64,000 nucleotides of DNA from Tubulanus polymorphus (GCF_964204645.1 NC_134032.1:2566175-2630174), one strand, 5' to 3'; counted from the first letter of the stretch, positions 49,942 through 62,935 are shown. Notes: a model not told the origin generated them from the sequence alone. Translations and numbers: made by a program.

Positions 49942-51650
49942 CAGAGATTTAAATACTGACGAGATTATTCTGGCTCTTAAGCGGTGCACTATTCGCCGGT
50001 CAGTTCCTAGAAAATGTACATCCGACAATGCATCTACTTTTACATCGGCCAATGAAGTCTTGAATGAGATAATTACGTCGCATGAGGTTGATAGTTATTT
50101 GGCTGAAAATAGAGTTCAACGGGAGTTTATAGTCAAACGTAGTACCTGGCAAGGGTTTTTTTATGAGCGGCTAGTGGACTTGGTTAAAGGCATGAACAAA
50201 AATGTTTTATGCATATTACTTGCTTTATTTAAACTTACTTTATTTACTTGCATTACTGGTATTTTTTGTCATTCGGGAACAAAACTTCCCTCCCGCGTCT
50301 GCTCTATAAGTCTCGGGTTGAGCTTTTTATTTCAACTTTTTATTTAAAAAAAAACAATAAAAGTAAAATTCGCCCGCCCTCGTCATAGAAGAGAATCTGA
50401 TGAGAAACTAGGGTATTTCTGTGTGGCCTAACAGACTTGAGCCATTTATTAATTACTGTCATTAAGTCAGATTCGGTTCGGAAAAAGACACCTTTAAGTA
50501 TCCACGTCGCGTTTATCAGAGACGTCCGCCCGTCCATTTAACCCTGGTCTATTCATGGTCTATTCAGACTGCCCATTTTTGCAAATGACACACTCGACGT
50601 ATGTGTTAAGGAGATGAAGCGAAATATCCCCGACAAAAATCGACTTAAGAAGTGCCTCGTTTCTCGATAATTACCGAATCTTTGTGTTCAATATTTATTC
50701 ACTGCTCGACGATTATGCTATTCCCGAAAGTAATTTGAATTGTTTTACAAACAAATTAATTCAAAACCATACATATTGTCATACGAATGAGAGCCATACA
50801 TGTCTTATACTTCGGTAAAGTTGAGACTTGTAAGATAGTCTACCCCGAGTGAAGTTTAAAGGGGTGTTCACACGACATCGTTAAGACCGGCCTAAACTTG
50901 GTCCGGTCCAGTTTGACCAGACCAAGCGTTCACACGAACAAACATTCCATTCCGAATTTGCCTTTTCCATTTTAGACCGGTTTTTGACGGACCTAAAAGA
51001 GCGAACCCAGGCCCGATCCAAATTTTTAACGGACTAAATCTGTGGTTGGAACTGGCACGAGGTTCGGTCTAAATCGTATTCTGTGGTATGAATTCAACTG
51101 TATTAAACTCGTCACCAATTCGACATCAAGCTGATCAGCATAGTTTTTAGATTACATATAATTTCTATATTGCCTAAACGTTAATTTCTTTACTAACGGA
51201 TTATTATTTATCTTAAATCCGAACGTGTGTTTCTCGTTCAAATTTAGACTGTTACTGGTACAACGTTTACATGAAACACATTGTCAGATATCACCTTTAA
51301 GTGGCCAGCCCTCTCAGAGGGAACCGTGGTAAAATAATTATTACCACAGTTCGTACCGACAACAATACCTGCAAATCCATGACACGCCTAGATGAAAGTG
51401 CCAATCAAAATCTTACACTTAACTCACTATTGATAGGTGAGTGTTGGAGCGTGAAATTTGACAAGTCACTTGGCTCTATAATAATAATTCTCAACCAAGT
51501 CAGAATATTGTGAGATGGCCAGCCATTTCATTCATACATGTTTTCATTCAGTCTTTTTTCGTATGAAGGTCAAAGAATTTAAAGACGTATAAAGATATCG
51601 AAAGGTGTCAATACGTACGTATTTCGTTTTGCCTCCAAGAATTCTCATAA

Positions 51651-52280
51651 GGCCACACAAAAAAATCCTGTTTCTCGGCTGGGCAATCACCAAAATGGGT
51701 AGGTCGGTAGGGAATTTTTTTTTCTTTGTATAGAAAAAATATTTCGGGTATTCTTCTGACAGCGGGTAGGTCGCCGTAAATAATTTTGACGGGACCAAAT
51801 TTCCAGTTAAAAATAGGATTAGCAGCTAGACGACCACAATAATAAAGGGAAGTTGATGTTTTTTTGTATTATATTTCACACTTGGAAACTGTTTATAAAA
51901 AGGAAAACATCAAAATCTTGAATAGGCGTATAATATATTGTATACGGAATTCCTGGAATTTTACAATCCAAGGTCGCCAATATCTGATTAGCATCGTTGT
52001 CTATATCCAGTATAAAATTGTTAAATCCGATGTAATAAGATATTTTTATCATGTCGTCTCGGTGCCGACATCACGATTTCACGAAAAAGAAAAAATATTT
52101 ACGAGAATGGAGAGCTTTGTAGTCGGTCGGCCACATATATATTTTTGAAAATAGTCATTTAATCCACAATTTTGAAATAGGGTCGGTAGGCAATTTTATT
52201 TTATTTCGAAAATGGTTATTTCAAATGACAAAATATTAGGTCGGTCGGGCCCGAGAAACAGGGTTTTCTTTTGGTGTGCC
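51651..52280. mobile_element. PIF/Harbinger-type MITE
   Basis: GGCCACACAAAAAAATCCTGTTTCTCGG / CCGAGAAACAGGGTTTTCTTTTGGTGTGCC, flanked by TAA. Internal ggtaggtcgg motifs as in the 34455 element. Confidence 0.82.
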
Positions 52281-55200
52281 TAAGGATTGAGTTGAGACAC
52301 ATGAAAGACACAAGTCAGTCAGTTCTTAAAGTGATTTTTCCTATAAAATGACGGTACTGTAGACAAATAACTGAATTTAGTGAATCGAGTAAGGTGGTTT
52401 GATTTGAACACTGTCATAGTCATGGCCGCGAGACCAAAAATGACGAGTCAGGAGTCTAGCTGAAGGTTCGAATTTATTTGACAAAATTGGAATCGGGACA
52501 TACAAAATTAGCTTACAAACAGGTAGAAAAGTATTGTTCCCGAAACGCAGGTCTAGTGAATATTAACAAACACATTTATATCACAAGGCAAATGCATGGT
52601 GGATGCATTCATTGAGCCGTGAATCAGCTTATAATATTTGTGACCTCCTGGTTACGCCTTAATCATTATAGACCTCGATCTTTACACTTCTAACTGAATA
52701 GAAATAATGAGATTTCAACTGAACGCTGTTAAATATCTCCACAGCTCTTACAGTGAACGCAGTTGAAATCAGTTTTTATTTTATAACATTGACCGTGGGA
52801 ATTAGCTTCTTCAACATCGTTTAAAATGTTACCATTAGTGGCCGCGACTCGTATTACAGTACATGAAACTTTTTAATGAAATGGCGCATCCCTGCTCCTC
52901 GTCATGAATTCAGTATAATATTCTTTATCAATACATGTACTACGCGCGTAGGAAAGATGACCAAAAGAACACATTCTAACAAAATAATCTAATGCAAGAT
53001 TACATATCGTAGAAATAAACCAAGTTCAGGTTTCCGGGGTAGCTCTATTTAACTGATTCGTTAAGTTTTTGATTAAATTAGTAAGTTAAAAATTGATCAC
53101 ATTGTGCAATGCTAAGATGCTCTCTACAATAACGAGGAAAGAGATTGATTCCGGGGTAGCTCGAACGAATTAACGCTGTAATTTTTATTTTATTTCACAA
53201 GACAGCGTGGGTATAAAAATGTTTAAGCACAAACCGTGTCACGAAAAAAATTCGACGACTTCATTATGAGGGATCATGAAAAAATCGAGAAAAGCAATAG
53301 AAGATTTGACAAGACAATGAAATGAAGAGGAGGCAGAGAATTTAGGGGAAGTTTGGGGATTCTTGTTTCAATGTCTGGACACGCAGGAGCCGTGGCAACC
53401 CGATCAGATGTACGTGTGACGTGTCTCTGGCTCGTCAATCCCGCCAGTATAAAATTACCGCACGCACGACGTCGGTTCATCTTCGTTTGCCGGACATTAA
53501 GGCAGAGCTTCTGTTTTTGCGGCAAGAATCTGGACATAAAACCGTATGTTTTACCTTAAAAGAAAACTTTCGCTTAGTGACAAACTTGGCATACAAATTT
53601 CATTGGATTATGACGGGTTAGTGTAAAAAATCAGATAATATTCGTTTTTGACGACATCTACACTTTCGAACTGCTAGCTGCATTAGGATCGCAACTTACA
53701 CAAAAGGTTTTTTTGAAAAAAGGCAAAACCTCAATGCGCTCTCAGGAAGGTAAAACTAAAACTTAATTAAATCTGGAATGAGCCACTTCCCCGCTGAATA
53801 TAGCGTTGCCATGACATAGAATAATTTGTAAAACCTTACAAAATACCGATAATTGATGGAACACTATATGTAAATATCAGACAGATCCGTGATTTTTTAA
53901 ACGATGCTTGAACCTTTCAAAAGTATGAATTTGAAAATTTGAATGCCTATATTCTCCAGGTCAATCATTCTCATTCATGGAAAATTATATATTTTCAGAA
54001 ATTCACTTCTATTTTTTGCAAATTCCATACTAAATCTTATTATCTCCCATATAATGATCCCTGTACGCAGTACATGAAAAAAATCTGAATTTCCCGTACA
54101 AGCATAGTTTAACAGGTATGCAGAATAACATTTTTCCTTCTGTCTTTACGAGCGTGCAATCGGACTACTTGGAATAATTCATCTGTCCCAATGTGTTGAA
54201 TTTGTATAATATTGCCATCAATCGCTGGGGTTCGATTATCTTTTTGGAACCAATTACATTGAATTGCATTACTCAGATATTTCATGTCATTTAACTAACC
54301 AATAGTTTCACTTGTTTCTAAATTTTGCAAAAGAAAATTTTATTTTTCTATAAGTGATATTCCCGGGGTACCAGTCAATGGATGCACTGTATTGACGTAA
54401 AGAAACATGATCCAGAAATATATCTAAACTTTATCCTTAACGCATGAAACATACTTTAAAAATATCAAAACCTACCGTGTCAGAGGCTTCCCGTATGAAA
54501 GTGGTAAGAAAAATAAATTCAAAAAGAAAGAATGCGTGTGTCACTGAGACAGGTTATTTATAGTATTACTGTTTCAGTCCCCTCGCCGTTACGTATCTCC
54601 TGCAGTGAAATATAACCCAGTTCACATGTTCGGACACTGTGATATCGTCCAGTTTCAAAACGAAGATGGCGGGACCCAAGGCGTAATTCGGAGAATTCGC
54701 GGCGATTTGTGAAGTTTTTGGCAAGAAAATGATTTCTTTAATAAAGCGCGATTTAAATAGTTTTGTAGGATTGGTGTTTTGGGTTTACTGTTTGAGTCGT
54801 TCATTTCATTGAGCTAGATGAATAAAGGGCTTTCGTTTTAGATTACAGAAGATTAATTATTTGTTGGGATGGTTTAAACCAATTGAACCAAACACCTGAG
54901 AGGTCGTGGCATCCTAGAAGTGAGTGGAGATTTGTGCACCAGTTCTGGGTAGAGTGCATAGACATTAGGTCTTCATGATATGCTTTACATACCATTGTCG
55001 AAATGTCTATTTAAGAGATGCGCAGCCAGTATTTGACCGTAGTGGCAAGAAGGTGCAAGCAGCTGCATTAACAGAGCGTTTCTTTACGCCGAGTAGAGAC
55101 TTGCCTAATTTGATGAACGATTTTCGCAGGGTAGATAGTTTCATAATATTGTAAAAGCGAGATGGGTATATTACACATGGATTGGTTACAGCCAGACATT

Positions 55201-56023
55201 ACTTGCCAGATCATTCATTCAATCTATAAATGTCCGAAGCTACGATCAAGTTACCGATGGAAATTCATTCATTATAAAAGGGAGCCTATGCAATGTAATT
55301 CAATGGTTATAGCATCTTATAGAGCAGACATTCATGTGATGTCATGGTTATAAAAAGGCAGGACCGCGACGAGTGAGGGTTCGGGGTAGCAGACGAACCA
55401 CCTTAAATTTTTCAAAATTAACATATTTTCATGTTTTTTTTTCTTTGATAAGCCTTTGATAAATGATAAGCCTTAGCTTTGTTTCTCATCTTCTTCCAGC
55501 GGACCGAATTTCAGCTATTCCGACCGTTCCAACTATAAGTGGATGATAGATGGGAGTATATTTCGCAAGATTTCTGATATTTTATTCGTGCCAAATTGTG
55601 TCAACCATAAAGTAACTTTATTTCTCTAACGGTAGATAGCTATCAAGAATAAGACTGTATTCCTATCAAATTAATTAAACAAATATGCGAGAGTGCACCA
55701 TCAATCCTATATGGCGAATAGTTTGACAGTATCTCTAATGAATGAAGAATAGCTATCACCAGTAAGACTTGTAAATAAGACATTTTGTAACCACACGGAT
55801 CTCTTTCTCGTGAAATTAATTTATCGATTCATCAGAGGATGCAGCCATTCCATGCAGCGGAGACGACCATCCATTAATATTACATGGAAATATGAGGGGT
55901 TAAGATTTGGATGCTAATTTGATTTGCTAGAATTTGAAGGCAAACAAGAAATTACAATAGGATATAACATTTAGAAGTTTCTAATAGATTTGTTACTCCT
56001 AACGTGCTACTTGTTGATCCGAG

Positions 56024-56956
56024 ATGAATTATACTGAGATGCACTTAGTTGGACGACCTTACAGCAGTTACATCGTTCTAATGGCATTGGTGAACAAGTC
56101 TGGCACCTACCGTACAGTTTCATTGGTCATACTGCTTGTCATGTTCTTGTTAGGAGCGTTTGGAAATTCGGCTACATTCCTGATAATGATAAGTCGCAGA
56201 TTCCGCAGTTTATCTTACGCTAACTACCTGATCGCTTTGTCTATCAGTGATTTAGTGTTCTGCGTCGGTTTTACACTGATGCCTATTTTACAGTTTGTTC
56301 TCTTTAGTCCAAAGACTGGTGAAATAATCTTGGTAGATTCACTGATCAGTTGTCAAATATACGAATTCTTAATAAATTCGATGGGCGCCAATAGTGCCTG
56401 GTTAATAGTAGCGATATCTCTAGAACGTGCGGCAGTTGTCCTCTTCCCGTTCACATCTCGTTTGATATGTACACCAAGATTCGCCCGATGCGTCATTGCT
56501 TTTATGTCAACAATAAATGCATTCGTAATTGGTGTTCATCCTGTAGCAACAATGAAATTTGTTTATCCTTTCGGATGTTACCACAAGTCTTCGGACCAAA
56601 CCTTACTTTTTATGGTATGTGTAATATACGTTTTTCTTGTACCGTTAACTTTCATAATAATATCAAATTCAGTCATAATAATTCAGTTATTCAGAGGTTC
56701 AAAAATGGTTTCGTCCGATCAGAAAACTACAAAATCAAAACGTACAACAATAATGCTTCTAACAGTTTCACTCGCATTTGCAATTTTTACACTGCCAAAC
56801 TCTCTGGTCGTACTTTTACCAATCTCACCGGAACATACAGACTCCCTCATAGATATTTCCTCCCAGTTCGAATCGTGTAATTATGTCGTGAATTTCTACA
56901 TATACCTTTTACTGGGACAAGAAATTCGTGAATATTTCTGTATGATAATCCGCTGA
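56024..56956 (+). CDS. Intact intronless class A GPCR, family A-related, 310 aa
   Basis: Seven TM segments. Motifs GAFGN, YLIALSISD, ISLERAAVVLFP, FAIFTLP and VVNFYIY. Close paralog of 45257. Confidence 0.95.
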   Translation: MNYTEMHLVGRPYSSYIVLMALVNKSGTYRTVSLVILLVMFLLGAFGNSATFLIMISRRFRSLSYANYLIALSISDLVFCVGFTLMPILQFVLFSPKTGEIILVDSLISCQIYEFLINSMGANSAWLIVAISLERAAVVLFPFTSRLICTPRFARCVIAFMSTINAFVIGVHPVATMKFVYPFGCYHKSSDQTLLFMVCVIYVFLVPLTFIIISNSVIIIQLFRGSKMVSSDQKTTKSKRTTIMLLTVSLAFAIFTLPNSLVVLLPISPEHTDSLIDISSQFESCNYVVNFYIYLLLGQEIREYFCMIIR

Positions 56957-57093
56957 AGAAATTTATTAAAATAACCATCGATTTCAAGTTTTTGATTTAT
57001 TCAGCGAATATAATATAACGCTTTAAAACAGTTTCATGAATTCTTCGTAAAGCTAATAATTACTGTACCGACCAACGGCCCCTATATGACCTT

Positions 57094-60000
57094 CCCAGTA
57101 AACACGCGACCTGAAATCAATGTTGATTCAATGTTCATGTTGAGATATCAACGTTGATTCCATGACACCAGCTCTATTTCAATGTTTATTCCATATTTTA
57201 TTATGATATTTGAGATAACGATGATGAATCAATGTCCCAATTTGCAACCGTTGCCACTTTGATCAAAATTCAACCTAGATTAAACATTGCTTTTTAAATG
57301 TCGATTCAATGTAATTCAAAATTTGTTTATTTTCTACATATAAATAATTTATGTTGTTTATTTTCGTGTCTACTTTACCGTGCGAGTATTTTGTGTGTAT
57401 AATATTTGCTAGAAAATAGCATGCTGGTAGTTTTTTTGAAAAGCTTAAGCAGGATTCGAACCCATCTAGAACATGCCGTCTTCGAGGTGAAACTGAGAGA
57501 TCTGAATTATACCACACCTTGCAATAAGCTGATCATCCAATATGGCGTCTAACAGCGACGTTTCTTGCTCATCAAGGACAGTAAGTTAATCCACCGCCAT
57601 CCCGGCGTTCAAGAATTAATATTAATACACAGTTTTTATAAATGATTGGGAGATTAACGTTCGAGCCTATTTTGAGTTTCCTCAACTCTAGGGCCTATGC
57701 CGTTCAGCAGTGCATGCCATCCCATGCGGATTTATTTATATTTGCCACGCCAAAATTAAAAAGGCGGCGCTAGTAATGCGGTTTCCGGTGTTTAGTAACC
57801 CCACATGAATTTTTTTATTTCATCGTAAGATTTAGGCCTATCAAGGTTTAAGTAAATCAAAATTTTTGATAATTTTTTCAATATCAATTAAAATCTATTT
57901 TATTGAATTTGAATTATAAACGCGAATCAAAAATTATAGGCCTACTGAAAATTATAGGCCTAATAATTGACAATTGTCACGCTGTGTACCCGCACGTGAC
58001 CGTAGGCCTACTATTCAATTCAGTTTGTTATGAGTAGGCTATATGATTCATTCTGGGCATGCTTTGACTTAAAAAATTACTAGAAGCCTGAAGTCCAAAG
58101 CTGCGCCAACACTAACCGTCCTGGATTCGCCGGTACAATGACGGATTCATTTGTCACAGACATTTACTGGTTGTCCCGGTTACCCCTTCATAAACATCCC
58201 GGCGATATTTTTGTTTACCTATTCTGGGTTTTAAAACTTTGTGGTTTCGTAATGTTCTACCGGTATTTCATCATCGTCCCATGCAGAGCGACTCCTTATC
58301 TGCCCATGTCACTCAGTCCCAGATTTCTTTCAGGTTTATGGGTAATTTTCACTATATCTGCACAATTTAAAATCCTTGTTGTAATTCTTTTTATGCATTA
58401 AATGTTTTTGAATATGAAAACACTCGTGCAGTTGAGTAATTTCCAACAATCAATAATTTGTACCATGCTCTCGTCTATGCGTATCATTGCAACATAGTTA
58501 GGGTTGTTGAAGTGTTTGAATCGCGGCCCGTGCAGCGTCCCCAGTTTTCATAAAATCTTGTTATTTTCAAACACGCCATTTTACCGAAAAGACGGGTTTT
58601 GAAAACCTTGCAATTAAAGAAGGGTTTGAACCCGCGTTCGAACCGAGCTCTGCGATTTTATTGTGTGTAGATGGTGGAACCCGCGTTCAAACACGGCTTT
58701 GCATGTGAAGCGTGTGAACTGTATGTGGGATGCCGTTATCAAAATAAACAATGTCTATTATTATACACTCTAATGGAGGTGTAAGATATCTCGTGTGTAG
58801 ACGCTACAGCATTCAAACACGGATTATAAGCAGAACCCCGGTCCGAGGAAACCCGCATTCAAACACAGGTTTACGCGCTAGTAGGCTATAGACAAGGCTT
58901 ATGTTTCAGACTAATTTTGCACTGATAACTGTAGAATTAGGGGGTATGGAAGTGAATTAACACCAACCTTCCCCGATTTAAGTCTACAGCCACACTGAAG
59001 TACACCATTCTGCAAAATTGACAGTCTGGAAGTCAATATGTCCTTGATTAGACGCAATTATCAGTGTCTTAGATATGATAATCAATCATACAATAAAGCT
59101 CGAAAGATATAATCCCTCTCGTTGGGATTAGATCTTTCAGTCCTTATTATAGGATTATCAATCATATCAAATCAATGTAAAGAATTTACTTTCTTGTTCT
59201 TAATTTTCTTACAGTAATCCTGATTCAATGGCCTCAGGACGCCAAAGACGCTGGCGATTTGTTGACAGACAGCTTGAGAACTTATTATCTCATAGTGAGG
59301 GGGAGTTACAGTTATCATCAATTGATTCTGATACTGAGGAATACTCTGATCATGAAATAGAGTTTAATGAACCTGATTTGTTAGATCAGAATGTCGTGTT
59401 ATCTGGTAATGATGAAACTGAACCTCTTTCTAGTGATGGTGTGGATGATAATGATGATGATGATGTTTTTGATCCTGATACCAGCTTGCATCAAGATTTA
59501 GCTGCATGGGCAGTTGAGAGCAAATGTTCGCAGTATTCGCTTAATAGATTGTTAGAGATTTTGCGAAATCATGGTTTTGATGAGCTTCCTAAAGATTGCC
59601 GAACTTTGATCAAACGGCCTAAGTGCATCGAAACCACAGAATTAAGTGGGGGCCACTACAAATATTTTGGTATCAAGACTGGTGTGATACAATGTCTAGC
59701 GGCAAATCCACAATTTATTCAAGAGAATAACTCTATCGATTTGGTGATTAATGTCGATGGACTACCATTGTTTAAGTCTAGCCGGAAACAATGCTGGCCG
59801 ATCCTTGCGTACTTCTCGGATTTTGTTCCATTTATCATAGCTTTATGGATCGGAATTTCTAAACCAAATGATGTAAATAGCTATCTAAACGACTTTCTCA
59901 TTGAATATCAGCAGTTACAGGAATCTGGCATCATCCACTCTGAAAAACATTTAACCGTTGTAATTAAGGCATTCATATGTGATGCTCCTGCCAGATCTTT

Positions 60001-60511
60001 CGTTAAATGTACAGTAGGGCATACAGCTTACTTTTCTTGTGAAAGATGTAAGACCAAAGGCACTTATACCCGAGGCAGAATTGTTTTCAATAGTTTACGG
60101 ATCAAAGATTTAAGAACTGATGAGAAGTTTAGAGAGTGTGCGTATAACAAACATCAAAAGGCAAGGTCCCCATTGATAGATATAGGGTTCAATTGCATAT
60201 CAGCCTTTCCTCTAGACTACATGCATTTATTGTGTTTGGGTGTTACCAAGAGGATGTTATTGTTCTTGACTGGTAAGCAAAAAAATGGATGTCTTTTATA
60301 TGATTTTATTTTTACAGGTTTTCAACAATAAATTTTAATTTTAGTTCATATGAATCTTAATACTTTGTATTGATGTCGGAGTAACGTTTGTTTAATGTTG
60401 GTGTATGAATGTTACTTATACACTTACTTATACACCCAAAAATCAACTTTAATTCAATATCAGGATTTAACATTTCATTAACATTGTAATAACATTGACA
60501 TGTTTACTGGG
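57094..60511 (+). mobile_element. EnSpm/CACTA (CMC superfamily) DNA transposon, internally deleted, both ends present
   Basis: TIR CCCAGTAAACA / TGTTTACTGGG with 2-bp TT flanks, subterminal ttgattcaatgtt-type repeats, and an internal transposase ORF. Confidence 0.85.
59228..60331 (+). CDS. EnSpm/CACTA-like transposase, N-terminal to catalytic part, C-terminally incomplete
   Basis: Motifs LPKDCRTL, INVDGLPLFKSS..QCWPIL, FICDAPARSFVKC..GH..YFSCERC and PLDYMHLLCLGV. Possible splice donor gtaagc near 60273. Confidence 0.88.
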   Translation: MASGRQRRWRFVDRQLENLLSHSEGELQLSSIDSDTEEYSDHEIEFNEPDLLDQNVVLSGNDETEPLSSDGVDDNDDDDVFDPDTSLHQDLAAWAVESKCSQYSLNRLLEILRNHGFDELPKDCRTLIKRPKCIETTELSGGHYKYFGIKTGVIQCLAANPQFIQENNSIDLVINVDGLPLFKSSRKQCWPILAYFSDFVPFIIALWIGISKPNDVNSYLNDFLIEYQQLQESGIIHSEKHLTVVIKAFICDAPARSFVKCTVGHTAYFSCERCKTKGTYTRGRIVFNSLRIKDLRTDEKFRECAYNKHQKARSPLIDIGFNCISAFPLDYMHLLCLGVTKRMLLFLTGKQKNGCLLYDFIFTGFQQ

Positions 60512-62205
60512 TTATTTCCTATGATACACGCGCGTTCCCCTCTCATTCCATAACCAACCTCCACTTTAAAATCGTATATTGCCTGCCTACAGTCCGTTCA
60601 GTCGGAGTATCTGGTCCGGTATACGGAAGAAATGACCCGAGAAGAAATGTCCCCAGAAAAAATAACAATTATAATAACGACAATATTTTAACATTTGATT
60701 ACAAATAATAGCTCTACTTTGATTTGATCATTTGTATTATAAATGTAACATCTTCTCAAATTTGACGTATCATGTAATGAGTTCATATGATCTCAATAAG
60801 CATAACTATTTAATGCCAAAATTCTAGGCCTATAATTCTCATGGCCACTCAATGCATTTTTTATGGTTAGTGTTTGTGCTAACAAGTTTGTTCTCTGGTA
60901 TTATTTTGAGGTGAAATTGACTTTCAGTTTCAAACACTGGAGTCCTCTGATCGGGACAAAAGCTGTTGGAATTCAGTTCTGTGATACCACAGGCACTTGA
61001 ATATCGGCTTTGATAATGGATAAATATTTGATAAATTACCAGCGATACGTTAATCCTACTTCGATAGATCCGCCATGTTTGATAACGAATTTACCCATGA
61101 TGCAATGCGCGCCCGTCGTTTAACTATACTATATGGAAAGGCTGGAAACGATGCTATCTCCGTAATGCTTAAATCTACCCGCAATTATCGGGACAGCGGT
61201 GACGTCACAACCAACCGAAGAGCCATGTCGATGATGTCCATGCTACTTCGGGAAAGTTCGGGATTGTTCGGACCACATCGGATGACAGGAAATATGGCGC
61301 ACTGATTGGGAACACGGCAGGGATGGATAACCACATAATTTTACTGCTTTTACGCATGTTTGAAGGCCTTTAAAAGGAAAGTACACATAGTTATTGCTGC
61401 TGACATGCCTAGTTGTCTATTCTCCCATTTATTTTTATCATGGGATGGAGGGGGTGCCGTCAAAACTTGTAGAGTGCAGTACCACCGAGCCAGCAGCATG
61501 AGGGATTCGATGGCATATTTTGTCCATAATACTAATAGTCCGTTAGTTTGAAGTAATAATTCATAATTTTGGTTCTCTCACATTCCAGTAGGCCTTTACA
61601 TGTCCATTTCTTGAATTCGGCTGATCTTTTCCACGAATGTTCGACTTTTGGCCTGGTGTTTTAAAATGCTGATTCTGGTTTGAGCTTGCCTTATAGAAGA
61701 TGGACCCAGATCGTTTTTGCCGAGTTCTTATCAAGTTTAGTTTGGTTTTTCTTGCATTGTCCATTTTCCGAATTGGTTTCGTATCCAACTTTTCAAAAGT
61801 TTCACCGTGCCCATTTAGACTGAGTGGGGTAGTCTTTTAATAGTGTATTAAGTGCATTTACTAATGCGTTAGTGAGGCTTGGCCAGGTTTATAATGTTTC
61901 AAACAATTCATTACGTTGTTTATGAGAATGGGCTTGTGAGCAACCCATTGAAGACTAGGTCACAGGCAGTTGCTGTTATTGCATTCACTTTTCCGTTTTT
62001 GAGATTTTGCAAGGTGAGTTAATGTTTCATTACCACACTGGGCTTAAAATGGGCTTGTGATCTCTCCATAGAAGGCTGGGTCTGTGTACCTGCTGTTATT
62101 GCATTCACTTTTCCATATTTGAGATTTGGCCATGCGCTTATTGGTTTTAAAAAACATTGACTCGGTAATGCTGTTTCTCGTTTCCATATGAGAAATTGCT
62201 GAAAT

Positions 62206-62645
62206 ATGCTTAATCAACAACAATCAAACATCATTTTCTTAGCGACCGCTGGCCATAGCCTGTGTATTTGTGGTCAAGCAGGTACTGGCAAGTTGTTTTG
62301 TTTGCACCATATATATAAAACCATGCGTAGAAATGGTAAGGTGGAATCAGTTTGTGCGAGTACTGGCATAGCATGCCTCCAGCTAAGCAATATGAATGCA
62401 AAGACTTTACATAGTTGGAGTGGTATTCAAGATGGACGATATTCGAAATCTGAATTATCTCATCGGTTTTTACATAATTCTTCATTATCCAATGTAAAGT
62501 CTGCTATATCTGAGACAGAGGTTTTGATCATTGATGAAATCTCGATGATATCCCATCATGTTTTCGAACAGCTAAAGTAGGTTTGTCGGTTAGTTCGTAA
62601 TAATGATAGTAATTTTGGAGGATTGCAAGTATTCTTAGTGGATTG
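62206..62645 (+). pseudogene. PIF1-family helicase fragment (Helitron- or other transposon-derived)
   Basis: GQAGTGK, ASTGIA, TLHSW and LIIDEISM. After an in-frame TAG the reading continues VCRLVRNNDSNFGGLQV. Confidence 0.85.
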
Positions 62646-62657
62646 CAAGTTATTCTT

Positions 62658-62935
62658 ACAGGCGCGCATTTGATCAATGCGCATGCGCTTATCATAATTA
62701 TAAATTTATTCTGTAAAATTGAAATGAGCGAACATAGAAAATTCAAACGCATGCGCACTGGGCAAAAGCGCGCACACAGGCGCGCTTTTGATCAATGCTC
62801 ATGCGCTAATCATAATTATATATTTATTCTGTAAAATTGAAACGACGGAACATAAAATATTCAAACACATGCGCACTGGGCAAAAGCGCGCCTGTAAGCG
62901 CGCGTTTGATCAATGCGTATACGCTAATCATAATT
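62658..62935 (+). repeat. About 118-bp tandem repeat rich in GCGCATGCGC
   Basis: About 2.3 copies, starting where the helicase homology stops. Confidence 0.85.

Larger units (their letters stand above)
46612..50210 (+). repeat. Segmental duplicate of 32774-33010 plus 36160-38530
   Basis: Near-identical upstream block, GPCR-C and BEL/Pao relic, with different insertions and deletions. Confidence 0.9.

Noticed and set aside
49802-50347. 181-aa ORF
   Set aside because: A chance fusion of a MITE end, a BEL integrase relic and flanking DNA.
56467-56880. Overlapping alternative-frame ORFs within the GPCR genes
   Set aside because: Shadow frames of real coding sequence, with no independent evidence.
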